A stretch of DNA of 64,000 nt from Camelus dromedarius (lineage: Eukaryota), in the NCBI RefSeq assembly GCF_036321535.1, contig NC_087436.1:100194001-100258000 (forward strand), given 5' to 3'. The position numbers were made by a program, and so were the translations under genes. The notes under the pieces are model-generated. The model had not been told where the DNA came from, searched no databases, and saw only the letters and a program-made list of their open reading frames with translations. The stretch's first letter is position 1. Every line of letters begins with the position of its first letter. Positions 26,016-39,549 of the stretch are shown piece by piece.

Positions 26016-27858
26016 AGACATTAAGGATATGTGGCTGGCTCATGGAACAGCAGGATGGTGAGAAATAGAAATTAAGATTCTTTCAAAAAAGAATTATTAC
26101 CGGATAGTCAAAATACCACAGAATATGCGAGACTAGAGTTGGGACCTCAAAAATAAATAGCATCTAATAAAAAGAGGAAAACAAGGGAGGGAATTCTGGG
26201 AGTAAGAGGCAACATGAAAAAAAGCCAGAGGCAATATGGGATACAGCACAATTAAACCACTAAAAGAACCAACATAAACAAAAATTCATTAGGAGCAACA
26301 AGCAAGGAAATTAGATTAACTTCATAGAATTAACTTCATGACTCTAGACAGCCTAGAAACCTCCTGAATCCCTTCCCACACTTCCTCCCAGAAGCAGAAT
26401 GAGGATGGGGCAGATTATACCACCCCAGACAGAATAGTTACTTAATTTGTACTATATAGAAAGTAATTTCCTGTTTTCATTCATTTCTAAAAGTCAATGA
26501 TCAGTAAGTAAATACATTTAGCTTTATATAATCATACTTTCTAGATCCTGTCATTTTCCTGAAGTTGTCTTCATATTCTGGTATGATTTGGAGATAAGAA
26601 TAAAAGTAGCTATCAAGAATAAAGGTGGTATCTTTAATATATAAATATTTTTAACCTGTATATTCCATTTTCAACTTAAGTTTTCTGAAGTTATATCACC
26701 ATTTTATTCCTGTTAAAAATGGTTCAGTAATTCTGTTGTAACAATCTTTTAGCACATTTTGTAGTATTTTTTAATGCCAATTAAGTTCAGATTGAATGAA
26801 CCTGATGTCACATTCCCTTTCATCTGTTCTTAAATCAACCATTTTTCCAAATAAATTAGCCTTATAAAACCAAAAATATTATCTCATTTTTAAGATAAAT
26901 TTAATATTCTTCTGGTTATTTAATAAAGTCAGGATAACTAAACCTAATTGATTATGTTTGTTAATTATTTTTACCTTAACTCTATCACCGGAAATAAAAA
27001 CATTTGAAATAATTTCTTTGGGAAGCCTTTATTCAACACATACAAATTAAAACCATTGTTTCAAGTTGTGAGTTTAACAGAACAATCTGCAAATTACCTA
27101 GCTGTGCAGATTTAAAATAAGCACAATGCAAAGCTGATTGGAGCTCATGCTTTGCACCTTACTATGGTTTCCAGCAAGTCCTTTAGAAATGCTATAGACA
27201 AATTTGGATGTCTAAAGAGTGTGTTAATATTTATGTTTCAAACGTTCTATTAAAAAGATCCACAGTATGGATATGGCCCAACTTCAAGTTAAAATGAGGC
27301 TCAGTGGATCATAATCACATCTTATACCGACAAACCAGAGGTAAGTTGGCTTATTATAGAGGCCATTTGATAAGTTATGTGTTGAACATAGAATATTCTA
27401 AAAGATCTTGCTGAAGAATTCTATTGCCTTGCTCTGTTTAAAAATGTTTCCATAAATGTTTCTTCAGAGATTGAAAGAAAACTATAATTTTAGAAAGTTA
27501 TAATAAGAGATTCAAATGGATATTTCCGTCAAGTCATATGAGAATTATACTTCCTATATTCAGCTAAAATGTTTGAGAGAGATGTTTATGTGTAACAGCC
27601 CACTTTGATTTGGTTTTGTATGTTTTCTATCTGATTTTTCACTTTTCATCTTTAGTATAGCCATGTTGAATTCATTACAATATTTATACAGAACCTGAAT
27701 GTTTATCTCTAACATATATGATTTCCTCATCCTTACCCTTTGATACAAGTTTTCATGATGAAATTCTACCCATGCTTTTACCAGCTAAACATTATTTCCT
27801 CCATGATATTGTATTTATCTCTCCTAACATGTCATCATGCTTCATATGCTTATTTTTT

Positions 27859-28889
27859 TTAATTCAACAGAATCTTTTTTGATAACTTTTTTTATTGAAG
27901 TATAGTTGAGTTACAATGTTGTCTTAGTTTGTGGTATATATCAAAGTGATTTAGTTATATACATACATATCCTTTTTCATATTCTTTTTCATTATAGGTT
28001 ATTGTAAGATATCAAATATAGTTCCCTGTGCTATACAGTAGGACCTTACTGTTTATTTATTTCATATATAGTAGTCTGTGTCTACTAATCTCAAACTCCT
28101 AATTTATCTCTCCCCAACTTTTCCGCCAAGAGACAAGCTATGGACTAGGAGAAAATATTTGCAAATGATGTGACTGAAAAAAGATTAAATTCCAGAGTAT
28201 AGAAACAGCTCATACAACTTAAAAAAAAAATCAAAAAATGGTCAGAAGACCTAAACAGACATTTCTCCAATGAAGACCTAAATAGACATTTCAGCATATA
28301 AATAAATGATCAATCTTGCTAATTATCAGAGAAATGCAAATCAAAACTACAATGACCTCACACCAGTCAGAATGGCTGTCGTTAAAAAGTCTACAAATGA
28401 TAAATACTGGAGAAGGTATGAAGAAAAAGAAACCCTCTTACCCTGTTGGTGGGAATGTAGTTTCGTGCAGCCACTATGGAAAACAGTAGGGAGATTCCTT
28501 AAAAAACTAAAAGTAGATTTACCATATAATCTATCAATCCCACTCCTGGGCATATATCCAGAGGGGACTGTAATTTGAAAAGATACATACACCCCAATGT
28601 TCATAGCAGCACTATTTAGAATAGTCAAGACATGGAAGCAACCTAAATGTCCATCGATGGGTGGTTGGATAAAGAAGATGTAGTGTATATATATAGAATG
28701 GAATATTACTCAGCCATAAAAAGAATGAAATGATGCCATTTGCAGCAACGTGGATGGACCTAGAGATTATCATACTAAGTGAAGTAAATCAGACAAAGAC
28801 AACATAATACTACTTATATGTGGAATCTAAAAAAATGATACAAATGAACTTATTCACAAAGAAACAGGCTCACAGACACAGAAAATAGA
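27859..28889 (-). mobile_element. L1 with 5' inversion (twin-priming structure): antisense 3' UTR to ~28125, sense ORF2/3' UTR 28126-28889
   Basis: Orientation switches near 'ccccaacttttcc|gccaagagacaagc'. ORF 28306 is ORF2-like ([12 protein letters not shown]). TSD cata(t/a)gcttatttttt at 27843-27858 and 28890-28905. Confidence 0.92.
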
Positions 28890-29509
28890 CATAAGCTTAT
28901 TTTTTAATGCAAACATTTCCACTGTATATCATCATGAATGGATACGTTTGTAGATATTCTCTCATAAGCTGTGCTGAGGGCAGAATTAATTGTTTTGCTT
29001 TTGGAGACACAAATGGCTTTGTAAAATATTCTGTGCACAGTAGGTGCATCAGTTTATTTGTCAAAATAATATTGTCCACTTGTGTGAATGATTAACTGCT
29101 CATTTACATGCTGTGTTATGCAACAAATAGAGCATAAAATAGGAATGTCCTCTTAGCCTTATAAAATATCTCTTTAAAAGAACCCCTTTATATAAAAACT
29201 GGATCATTTTGAAAAATGAACAGCTTTTATTTAGAAATTACTAATAAAATTTTGTAAACAAACTCAATATTTGTTGACACTGAATTAAACTAATTTTTAA
29301 TGAATCCATTGAAATGAGCAATATTAATCAATGAGAAATATTTTTGAAATAATAAATAAAGATTAATAACTTTCAATTTAAATGCTACCAGTTTAAAAGA
29401 AAAATAATTCAACAAGATATTCCATCATTAGGGTAATGCATATCCATATTCTATTTGTCAATACACAGATGAACAGAAGATAGTTTAAAAGATGCAATAA
29501 AAAAAATTA

Positions 29510-29620
29510 ATAGGTTTTGAAGTTAAAATCCAGTGTCCTACATATTAGCTGTGTAACTTTGAGCAAGCTACAAAAGATTTCTGATTTTTTGGCTCCTTAG
29601 GAAACTGACAAATACTTCAT
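29510..29620 (+). mobile_element. MIR fragment
   Basis: 'aaaatccagtgtcc...ttagctgtgtaactttgagcaagcta'. Confidence 0.6.
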
Positions 29621-29634
29621 GATGTTTTAATATT

Positions 29635-30605
29635 TTTATTGAGATATAATTGACATATAATTTTGAAAGTTTAAAACATACACCCTATTGATTTGATACA
29701 TTTAAGTATTGCAAAATGATTACCACCATAGCATTCGTTAACACCACCATCACATTATATAATTATCATTTCATTTTGTGGTGAGAAAACATAAGCTCTT
29801 GTCTCTTAGCAACTTTATACTGATTATTGTTGACTGCAATCACAATGCTGTGCTTCAGTTCCCAGAACTTAGTCATCTGCTAGTAACAATAGTGTGCACT
29901 TTGACCAACGTCTTCCCCATTCCCTTACCCTCCAGTGCTGGTGAACTCTATTCTGTATTTCTATGAGAATCTAAAACATAGATTCCACATACAAGTGGTA
30001 TCATACAATATTTATCTTTCTCTGTTGGACTTCTCTCACTTAGCATAATGCCTTCAACATTTATGTTATTGCAAATGACAGGATTTCCCCTCTTCTCATG
30101 GCTGAATAATGTTCCATTGTTTACACATACCACAGCTTCTTTTCCATTCATCCACTAACAGACACTTAGGCTGTTCCCCCATCTTCGCTATTCTGACTGA
30201 TGATGATGCAATGAGTAGAAGAATGCAGATATCTTTTTGCTATCTCATTTTTACTTCATTTGGATATATACTCAAAAGTGGGATTGTTGGATCACATGGC
30301 AGTCCTGTTTTTATTTTTTTGAGGAATCTTTATGCTGCTTTCCATAGCAGCTGCCCTAATTTATATTCTCACCCACAGGACACAAGGTTTTTACATTCTC
30401 ACCAACACTGTCACCTCTTGTCTTCTTGATGAGAGCCACTCTAAAAGATGTGAAATACAGTGATTTTGATTTGCATTTCTCTGATAATTTGTGATGTTGA
30501 GCATTTTCTCCTATACTTGTTAGCCAGTTGTATGTCTTCTTTGGAGAAATGTCTATTCAGTTTCTCTGCCAATTTTGTAGTAGAATTGTTTTGTTTTGTT
30601 TTTTT

Positions 30606-30640
<35 letters not shown>

Positions 30641-30920
30641 ATTGTATGAGCCCTTTATATATTTTGGATATTAACTCCTTATCAGATAGATATATGGTTT
30701 GCAAATATTTTCTCCAATTCTATAGGTTGCCTTTTCATTTTGTTAATGGTATCTTTTGTTGTGCAGAAGTTTCTTAGATTGATGTAGTCCCTCTTGTTGA
30801 TTTTTGTCTTTTGCTTGTCCTTTAGATGTCACTAAAAACAAACAAAAATTTGTTGCCAAGATCTATGTCAAGGAGCTTTTTTCCTAAGTTTCCTTCTAGG
30901 AGTTTTAGTTTCAGGTCTTA
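29635..30920 (-). mobile_element. Older L1 (L1MA9-like), 3' UTR plus ORF2 end
   Basis: 'tttattgagatataattgacata...gcaaaatgattaccacca'; antisense ORF2 peptides (ICISLII.DVEHF). Candidate TSD atgttt(t/a)aatatt at 29622-29634 and 30921-30933. Confidence 0.9.
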
Positions 30921-31519
30921 ATGTTTAAATATTGTCTTAAAAATGCATACATACCTAACTCAGTCAAGGCCACATAGTAAATATTCCATTATACTAGGAC
31001 ATTTTCCTTTCTTCTTTCCCTTTCATTTCACATATCTGAAATATCTGTATGCCTGCCTAATTATGTTATTCCTAAAGACCATACTGTGGTTAATTTCACT
31101 GTGAGAGAAGAAGAACTTTCCCAATGTATGTAATGGTTTGTATAAATAAAAACTTCTGGCTTGATTAAATGTCAAAAGATAAAAATGTGTTTTCTTAGCT
31201 GCGTTCACTGGTAATAAATTCAGACTTGTAAAATGCTAGAGCATTCTTTGTATAGCTAGCAAATTCCTTAGCCTTAGAGAAGTCCAATAGCAATTCAATA
31301 GTTAACTTGCTAATTGCTATTCCCTTTACGAGCATTAGTAGGACATAATTTAGTTATTTTTTGAAATATGTATATGTGCATTTAATATAGCAGATACTAC
31401 TCATGGCTCAGTGAATATTTCTTTGATGTTTATATTTTTAAGTATTAATATAAAATATATAAAACACCTTCATTTAAATTTAATTCTGCTATAATTCCAT
31501 TTAAAAATAGTTTGAAATT

Positions 31520-31640
31520 GGGGGGAGAATATAGCTCAGGTGGTACAGTGTATTAGCATGCATGAAGGTTATGGGCTCAATCCCCAGTACTTCCTCAAAG
31601 AATAAATAAATAAGTAACTTAATTACCTCCCCCCACCAAA
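31520..31640 (+). mobile_element. tRNA-derived camelid SINE (Vic-1-like), full length
   Basis: 'gggggagaatatagctcaggtgg' (A box), 'gggctcaatcccc' (B box), tail 'aataaataaa...taattacctcccccc'. Perfect 17-bp TSD aaaaatagtttgaaatt at 31503-31519 and 31641-31657, after TT|AAAA. Confidence 0.92.
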
Positions 31641-32419
31641 AAAAATAGTTTGAAATTAATACATCAAAAACACTATAATGAATCAAATTTAATTTTTAAT
31701 ACATTTAAAATAAAATTCAATTATATTATGAGGTATGCCAGCCTCAGCTGAGGGGTACACAAATGTAAAAAAATGCAGATTTTTAAAGAGATATGCACTT
31801 ATCTGCACCAAAACCTACTCAGAAGGTCATCCTAGTCACCATCTTGTGCCACTGGGAAGGATCACTTAAGATACTTCACAGATAAAGCAGATGCGGCCAA
31901 ATGTCTAAGCAAGAGAAAACTGCCACAGTAATGCAGAAGCCCTGGTAGAGAGCCTAGCATTTTCACTTTTGCTGTAGTTGAGCAACACTGAGATATTTCA
32001 AAGGAACTAAAAGCATTGGCAAATCCAAACTATCCTTGTTTTCAGGGAGAGATGGTTGGGACAGTCCTTTCAAGAATGAAGAATGTCTATCTTTCTATAT
32101 GACCTCTCTTTAAATCAGAGAAACTTAACCATGCCATTAGCACAAGTTGCAAATGTTTGAGACCCCCCAAAGAAGTGAATGAAATACTCCTGGTACCATT
32201 TTTAGAGCTAAAAGAGAAAAAAGGAAAATCAATATTCCTCTCCCGACTTTAAAGGATGCTATGCATAACCTGACAAATTATCTTAACTACCATCAAATAT
32301 GTAAATGATCATCCTATGGAATATCAAAATGTAGTCAAGCAAAATAATATTTTTGGCACACATAGGAAAACATATCTTCACTAGATACTTTATATTTCAT
32401 AATCTGGCCATAGCACTCC

Positions 32420-35400
32420 TCTTGTGATGTGCCTAAGTCTTTTGTATCTATTGTTAATTGAACTGGCTTTCTTTTTCAAAATTGATTTGTAGTATCTTTG
32501 GTTATATTTAATGCAAATATCGTCTCCTACTTTGTGGTTCACTTTTCACTGTCTTAAGTGTGTCTTCTAATAAACAGAAGTCTCTAATTTTATTGGAGAC
32601 CAATTAATCAATCTCTTAATTTATGGTTAATGTCCCAAGTGACTTAGGAAGTATTTTCTACACCCAAGTTCATGAAGTTATTCCCTATGTACTCTTTTGA
32701 AAAATCTATTGTTTTGCCTTTCATATTGGTATCTATAATGTGCATTCAATTGAAGAATCTGGTTTAGTTTATACAATACAATTAAAAATTGTCAACCTTG
32801 TTTAAGTCTCTGGTTTCTCTCATTTCTTATCTTTTGTGGATTAAATTACATTATTTATAATCCCATTTTTCACTCTTTTAGTTTTTACTCTAGTAGTTTT
32901 ATTCTATTAATTTAATACATATACTTTTAAAATATATTATCCTACTTGCAGCTACCCTAAAACATGCAAGATTCTTTATTAACTCAAGTGTATTTTTAGT
33001 TAGTCTTTTAACAACGTTCAAGGTGATGCAAAGAACATAAAACCATTATGTTGTTCTCATGACTTTAAACTGTAGATATATTTAAACTCTGTTAAGTTGC
33101 TATTATTGCATCAATATTTACTTAGATTTATTTTTTACCACTCTGTATTGCTCTTTATTTCTTCCTGCATTTCTGTAGTTTGACCCAAGATCATTATAAT
33201 CATTCTTCTTGAAAAACTCATTTTATTATTATTTACAGTGTTCATTAATGATAATCTCTTTCAATATGTGTATAAACAAGTTTTTATTTTTCTTTCAATT
33301 TTATGTAAACTTTTGTGGTTGCAGAATTCTAGTTCAGCAGGTATTTTCTCAGAACAGCAAAAAGTTCATTTCATGTGTCTTTTTCTTAATTCTGTTTATT
33401 AAATGAACTTTCAGCCTCATGGCTGATTTGTTGAAGATAGTTATTATTTTGTCTTCTTTTTTTGAAAAGCTTTCTTTTTGTCTTTAATTTTCAGCAAATT
33501 TACTGCTATTTTCCTGAGTGCACATGTTTTTTGTGTATTTTCACACTTGGGGTTTACAGTTTTTTTTTTAAACATGTGGCTTAATCTATGTCATCAATTG
33601 CAATATTTTCACCCATTAGCTTTTAACATTTTTTTTTAATTGAAGTATAGTCAGTTTACAATGTTGTGTCAATTTCTGGTGTATAGCACAGTGCTTCAGC
33701 CATACATGAATATACATATATTTGTTTTCATATCCTTTTTCACAATAAGCTACTACAAGATATAAAATATAGTTCCCTGTGCTATATAGTATACACTTGC
33801 TTATCTATTTTATATATATCAGTCAGTATCTGCAAATCTTGAGCTCCCAATTTATTCCTTCCTACCCTCTTCCCCTCTGGTAACCATAAGTTTGTTTTCT
33901 ATGTCTGTGAGTCCATTTCTATTTTATAAATAAGTTCTCTTGTCTTTTTTTTTTAGAGTCCACATATGAGTGATATCATATGGTATTTTTCTTTCTTTTT
34001 CTGGCTTACTTCACTTAGAATGACATCCTTCAGGGCCATTCATGTTGCTGCAAGTGGCATTATTTTATTCTTTTTTATGGCTGAGTAGTATTTCATTGTA
34101 TAAATACACTATAACTTCTTTATCCAGTCATCTGTCAATGGACATTTAGGTTGTTTCCATGTCTTGGCTATTGTAAACAGTGCTGCTATCAACATTGGAG
34201 TGCAAGTGTCTTTTTTGAATTTAGGTTCCCTCTAGATATATGCCCAGGAGTGAGATTGCTGGATCACATGGTAAGTCTATTTTCAGTCTTTTGAGGAATC
34301 TCCATCCTGTTTTCCACAATGTCTGCACCATTAGCTTTTAAAATATTGCTTCTGATTCTCCCTCTCTCTCTATCTTATTTTTTCTCTCTCTCTTCATTGC
34401 TCAAGGTATGCAGTACTCAAACTTCCCACTCAAGTAAAGTAAATTTCTTCACTATGTCACTTACGATAATTGTGAATTTTTAAAATTATTTTTCAACATG
34501 TTTCAGTCCTTGTTTTTTTCTGATCTATCATCCAGTTTACTAATCATTTATTCAGCTATGATTAATATGTTATTAAGCTTATTCACTAAATCCTTAATCT
34601 GAAAAAGTATTTTTCATTACAATAATTTGATTTTTTTATGTATAGTTTCATTTATCTTTTATTAATTCCATGTACATATCTTAGAAGACTCCAGTCACTT
34701 GTGAGTCTGTCTCTGTTGTCTGCTTTTCATCTTCTGGTTTCCAATCATGGGTTTATCTTCCCCTGCAATGTTTGGTAAATCTTTCATAGATGTCACATCA
34801 TGTATGAAAAGTCTAGAGAAAATTTGAGATCTAGGTGCCATCAAATAGGATTTACCATTGCTCCAGGCCAGAATATAAATGCAGTATATGTAATATATAT
34901 GCATATTTATATACATGATATATTAATATGTAGATTATATATACATTATATATACTCTAACTCATATTGCTTATCCTTCCATATCATATCATGTAGACTT
35001 TTAAAATTTTTATTTCACATTATTATAAACTTATATGATGCAAAAATGCTACACAGAATTTTAGCACATACTTCACTCACTCAGCTTTTCCCAGTGATAG
35101 CATCTTACACAACCACTATTTGAATAAATATATTATCCAAACCACAAAGTTTCTATTGCTACAAAGCTACTAACTAGACCACAATTCAGACCATATATGA
35201 ATGTAGCTCTTTCTTTTTAACTGGTGCATTTTATACAACTTTATGTGTCTACCATAGTTTAGTTAACCAGCATTAAAGTAGACAATCATGCTACTTTCTT
35301 ATGTTTTTGCTATTTTGTACAAAGAATGTTGCAGTTAAATTTATCTGTATAGCATATATCTTTGTAAATTTGTATGAGACTATCTGCAAAACTGATTCAT

Positions 35401-36550
35401 TGAAAGGAATTTCTTGGTTTAACATTTCAATTTTTTATTAATATTGCAAAAATATTGTATAAAAATTCTATGGATTTATAACTCAATCAGTCAAAATCTC
35501 TTCCAAATGTTGTAGTATCGAACTTTGTCAATCTAAGTAAAAACAACAGTTTATTGTTGTGTTATCTTGCATTTCCTTGAGTAATGTTGAATATTGTTTT
35601 ATATGTTTAGTGAGCATGTGTTTATTGTATTCTATGAATTGTGTGTTTTTTCTATTTTTTTCTATTTTGATTAAAATAAAAGCACTTTGTGTGATCAAGA
35701 AATTAGCACTTTGTCATATGACCTGAAAATGTATCACCAGTTAAAATTCATCTTCTGCAACATCTTATCTATTTTTCTATGAAGAACATATTTTATGTAA
35801 TTTTATTTATTTATCTTGCTCATTATGACTTCTGAATTCAAATTTTTTCCCTGTCCTTTGGTAGAGTTTTACATTTATCTCCATTTATGTCCCACACACA
35901 TTTTAGTAAATTTATTCCTAAGCATTTTATTCTTTTTCTAATAAAACTGAGATTTCCCCCTTTTCCAAATTTTATATGGTTTTAAAAATATTAAAAATCA
36001 ATTGTTTTTATATAATAATGTTTTTACCCAAACATTACTGAATTTGCATATTTTAAAATAGCTCTCTCATTCTCTTGTATTTTTCAGTTATTCAATATTA
36101 TCATCTGCAAAAAATGCTAATTTTGCTTTTTCCTGTGCATTATTTATATATTATATTTTTTTTTGCATCAAAATGTCTTACTAGTACTCCCAGAGGAATG
36201 TTAAATAACAAAGATCAGCATAGATATCCTTGTAATGTCCTGACTTTGATGGGAAAAGCTTAGTGATTCTCCATTTAGAATGCAGCTGACTTTTGAATAT
36301 TTATATATCTATATCCATATAATATATCTATGTATATCCATGTACTAAATAAGAATCCATCTGTTCTTGTTTCATTAAATGAAAGTCAGCATTGATTCCT
36401 AATTAAACACCACAAACTTTTTATCACTTACATGGAGTTCATTTTTTCTGTTCTGATTTATTGATAAGGTAGATGATATACATGCATTCCTAACAGTAAC
36501 TTTTGAATTTTTACAATCTAGAGTTTGGGTTTGTTCCATACTTAGTTTTT
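32420..36550 (-). mobile_element. Ancient L1M/L1ME-type fragments (composite) hosting younger insertions
   Basis: T-rich antisense L1 text such as 'aataaacagaagtctctaatttt', 'tgtcctgactttgatgggaaagc...ttctccatt'. Heavily diverged; internal boundaries uncertain. Confidence 0.65.
33627..34327 (-). mobile_element. Young 5'-truncated L1 with perfect TSD
   Basis: Poly(T)-'aattgaagtatagtcagtttacaatgttgtg' through the ORF2 end. TSD ccattagcttttaa at 33613-33626 and 34328-34341. Confidence 0.95.
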
Positions 36551-37109
36551 TGAGAAATACTTTTTCTTAATAATCAATGTGTTTTTTAATCATTTTTCGT
36601 GGGTTTTAGGAAATGTAATAAAAATCTCCTTACTATGTCACTTTTTAACCTAATTTTCTTTTATTTTTAAACTTCACTCTGTTACCATAAAAAATACTTT
36701 GAAGTCTTGATTACATAACCAGATCAAAATATTTCACTTTTAGACAATGTTACAACAAACTAAATCATGATTTATCATTTTGATATATCTGTTTTTAAAA
36801 ACATTTTTTCCAGTTAGATAAATTATTGCATCTTCTTCCTTCCAATGGATTTCTTCTACTTAATGTAATTCTTTTAATAAGCACATTTATATTACTATTT
36901 TAAAACTGAAGTTTGAGTCACATACCCAGTGACATAAGAGAAAAAAGAAAAGAATAAGTGTATGGCTATCTTCAAGGGGATTTCAGTGTCTCTGTGGCTA
37001 TATTCAGAGTTCCCAACAAAGCCACACCAAAAGTAGATGTGAACTACTGAGTAACTTACCAACTAATTAACATTGGTACACAGGATTTATTTAATTATAC
37101 TGGGGCTAT

Positions 37110-37235
37110 TGAAAGATGATGAACTTGCAGTCAAGAAACCTGAATTCTACTCTTGATACTGACAAGTAATTTATGACTTTGGACAAGTCACTTAACCTGC
37201 ATTTCTCAGGTTTTTGACTGTTCTGGACTACGTGA
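37110..37235 (+). mobile_element. MIR fragment
   Basis: 'agtcaagaaacctgaattctactc...atgactttggacaagtcacttaacct'. Confidence 0.7.
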
Positions 37236-37595
37236 AGTCCATCCCTAATTCTCTAATAGACTTTTTTCTTTTGCCAACTGAAAATAAAATAATGTAAAAT
37301 GGTGAATAAAGTGACAGTTATAGGCATAATCTACATTCATCATTTTATATTTTATGTATAAGGAAAACAATAAAAGCATGAAGTTTGGGGGACATACTAA
37401 CTGAAGTGAAACACCGGAATACATTAGGAATTTTAGGAGTCTTACAACTGCACTAATGGCAGCATTCATCTTAATATAATGACTAAGGATTGATTTGAAA
37501 TATCTTTCAATAATCACATGGCAGAAGTACAATTAGTTACTTGAAAGTGCCTCCTGATGACTTTGATCAAGAAGGCAATTTTGGAAAAAAGACAA

Positions 37596-37941
37596 TGCTA
37601 TGGATTGAATGTTTGTGTGCCCCCAAATTTGATATGTTAAAAACCTAACCTCCAGTATTTTCGTATTTGGTGATGAGGTCTTGGGGAGGTAATTAGGTCA
37701 TGAGGGTAGAGCTCTCATGATGAGATGAGTGCTCTTAGAAGAAGAAACATGAGAAAGCTTGTTTTTGTGTCTCTTGATTATGTGAGGAGAGAACCAGGAA
37801 GAGAGTTCTCTCCAGAAATCAAATGAGCTGGCACCTTGAACTTGGACTTCCCAGTCTCCAGAGCTGTGAGAAAAATATTTCTGTTGTTTAAGCCATTCAG
37901 TCTATGTTATCTTGTTATAGCAACCCAAACTGACTAAAACA
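37596..37941 (+). mobile_element. MLT1A-type MaLR solo LTR, full length
   Basis: Starts 'tgctatggattgaatgtttgtgt', contains 'ggaggtaattaggtcatgagggt', ends 'ttgttatagcaacccaaactgactaaaaca'. Confidence 0.9.
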
Positions 37942-38631
37942 GACTGCATATAGTTCTCTCAAATTAGAATCTTCCTTTTAAAAGCTGGGGCCATGGGTTA
38001 TGTAAGTTCTTTTACTCTGTCAAATTGGTAGAACATTACTTGATAATATAAAAATGATAAGCCTGAAAATACAGTATCTACAGAGATAGTTGAATAGACA
38101 AATGGATTTCAAAAACTTTTTTAAAGACATGTGACCTAAAAATATATCCTGAATCCTTGTGTTCTTAAATACTTTGCACACTGAAGACATATGGAAATAC
38201 TGAAACACTTAGTGGGTCTACTGAAACAGAGGGAAGTATCCATTTATTAATACTTTTTGCACAGAACACTAATTCATGAAAATGGTAGCTACATGTGGAT
38301 TGGAAGATGACTCTAAGTGCATACTTACGATGATAAATCATGTTTGAAGGATTTCTACAGCACTGGATTGCTAAGCAACTCTTGGACCCAAATATTTTGT
38401 GCACATAGTAGCAGGTTAGCAATGTCGTCCCCAAGTGGCTGCTGGGCCAGAGACATTTTAGGGGTTCTTATAAAAAGAAAAGGTGACACTTGAAACATTT
38501 TATTATTTCATGAAAAGCACACAGTCTGGATTGTGTCCAGTTAACACAGTTTAGGAAGAAACTAAAATTCATCACAATGCAGTAATAAAAAGCTTGTGGT
38601 TACTTAACTTGGAAAAGATTTATTTAGGAAA

Positions 38632-38694
38632 TATGTTAGTCAGGATTCTCCACTGAAACAGAACTAATTGTATTTATGTGTGGTGTGTGTATAT

Positions 38695-38737
<43 letters not shown>

Positions 38738-38760
38738 TATATATATGCATGTACCAGAAC
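38632..38760 (-). mobile_element. MLT2-like LTR end running into a (TG)n microsatellite at ~38676-38740
   Basis: 'tatgttagtcaggattctccactgaaacagaactaat' followed by TG repeats, as typical of MLT2. Confidence 0.65.
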
Positions 38761-38879
38761 CATACTATATAACAGAGCCAATAATATAAATATAGATTTA
38801 TATGTATTTATCTATACAAAATGAAAAGACAGTTGACTTAAATTTTCTCTAAAATGTTCAAATGTATTACATATAGTAG

Positions 38880-39330
38880 ATGAATGAAATACGTTATAAC
38901 CTCACAAAACCATTTTCCAAACAATCCTGAAAGATAGGGCTTTGTCTCTGTAATTTTAGGGAAACTTAGTCTCAGATGGGAGAATACAAAATGCCCAAGG
39001 GCAAAGCGCAAATGAAAGAATACAGGGATTTATACTCAGGTCTCTGACTCCCAGACACGTCCACTCCAATATCCTAAGCTCATGTACAGACTTTGGGTGA
39101 GGCAAAGTTTCATGCTTCTCCTCCACCACTTACCAGAAGGATTATCTCAAACGAGATCCAGCATCTCTGACGTCAGTATCATCATCACCGTCTCATAATA
39201 AGATTAATTCTACTGCCTACTCCTGATGATTATTCCAGGTACTAATTGATTTAAGACATAGAAACAGCTTAGACTATCAGTCCATAATAAACCTTTAAAA
39301 GTTAAATGATACTATCATCCTTGTTAATAT
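38880..39330. mobile_element. MIR fragments
   Basis: 'gaaacttagtctcagatggg...tgcccaagg' and 'ggattt...caggtctctgactcc'. Confidence 0.5.
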
Positions 39331-39352
39331 CATTTTGTAACAACAAATAACT

Positions 39353-39549
39353 CAGGACAATGCTGGTATGTGTTGAACAATTGATGCTCCAAAGGAAATA
39401 AAAAGCTCAGATTTGCTCATTTCCACTATCCACTTTCCCCCTCCCTCCCATATCCATTCGTACGGGCACTGATTTAAAGCTGCCAAAGTGAATGTTGAGT
39501 TGGGAAGACATCCATGAAATCTGTGTGATCTGGTTCCAGAATACCACTG
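39353..39549 (-). mobile_element. MER63A-like hAT-Blackjack MITE
   Basis: 'tgctggtatgtgttgaacaa', 'gatttaaagctgccaa', 'gagttgggaagac', terminus 'ccagaataccactg' follow the recalled MER63 consensus. Confidence 0.75.

Noticed and set aside
27260..27346. Possible exon ending at the strong donor CAGAG|GTAAGT
   Set aside because: Weak upstream acceptor and no convincing reading frame; cannot be supported without RNA data.
31520..31595. tRNA gene
   Set aside because: The A/B boxes belong to a SINE head with an AT-rich tail and TSD; there is no intact cloverleaf.
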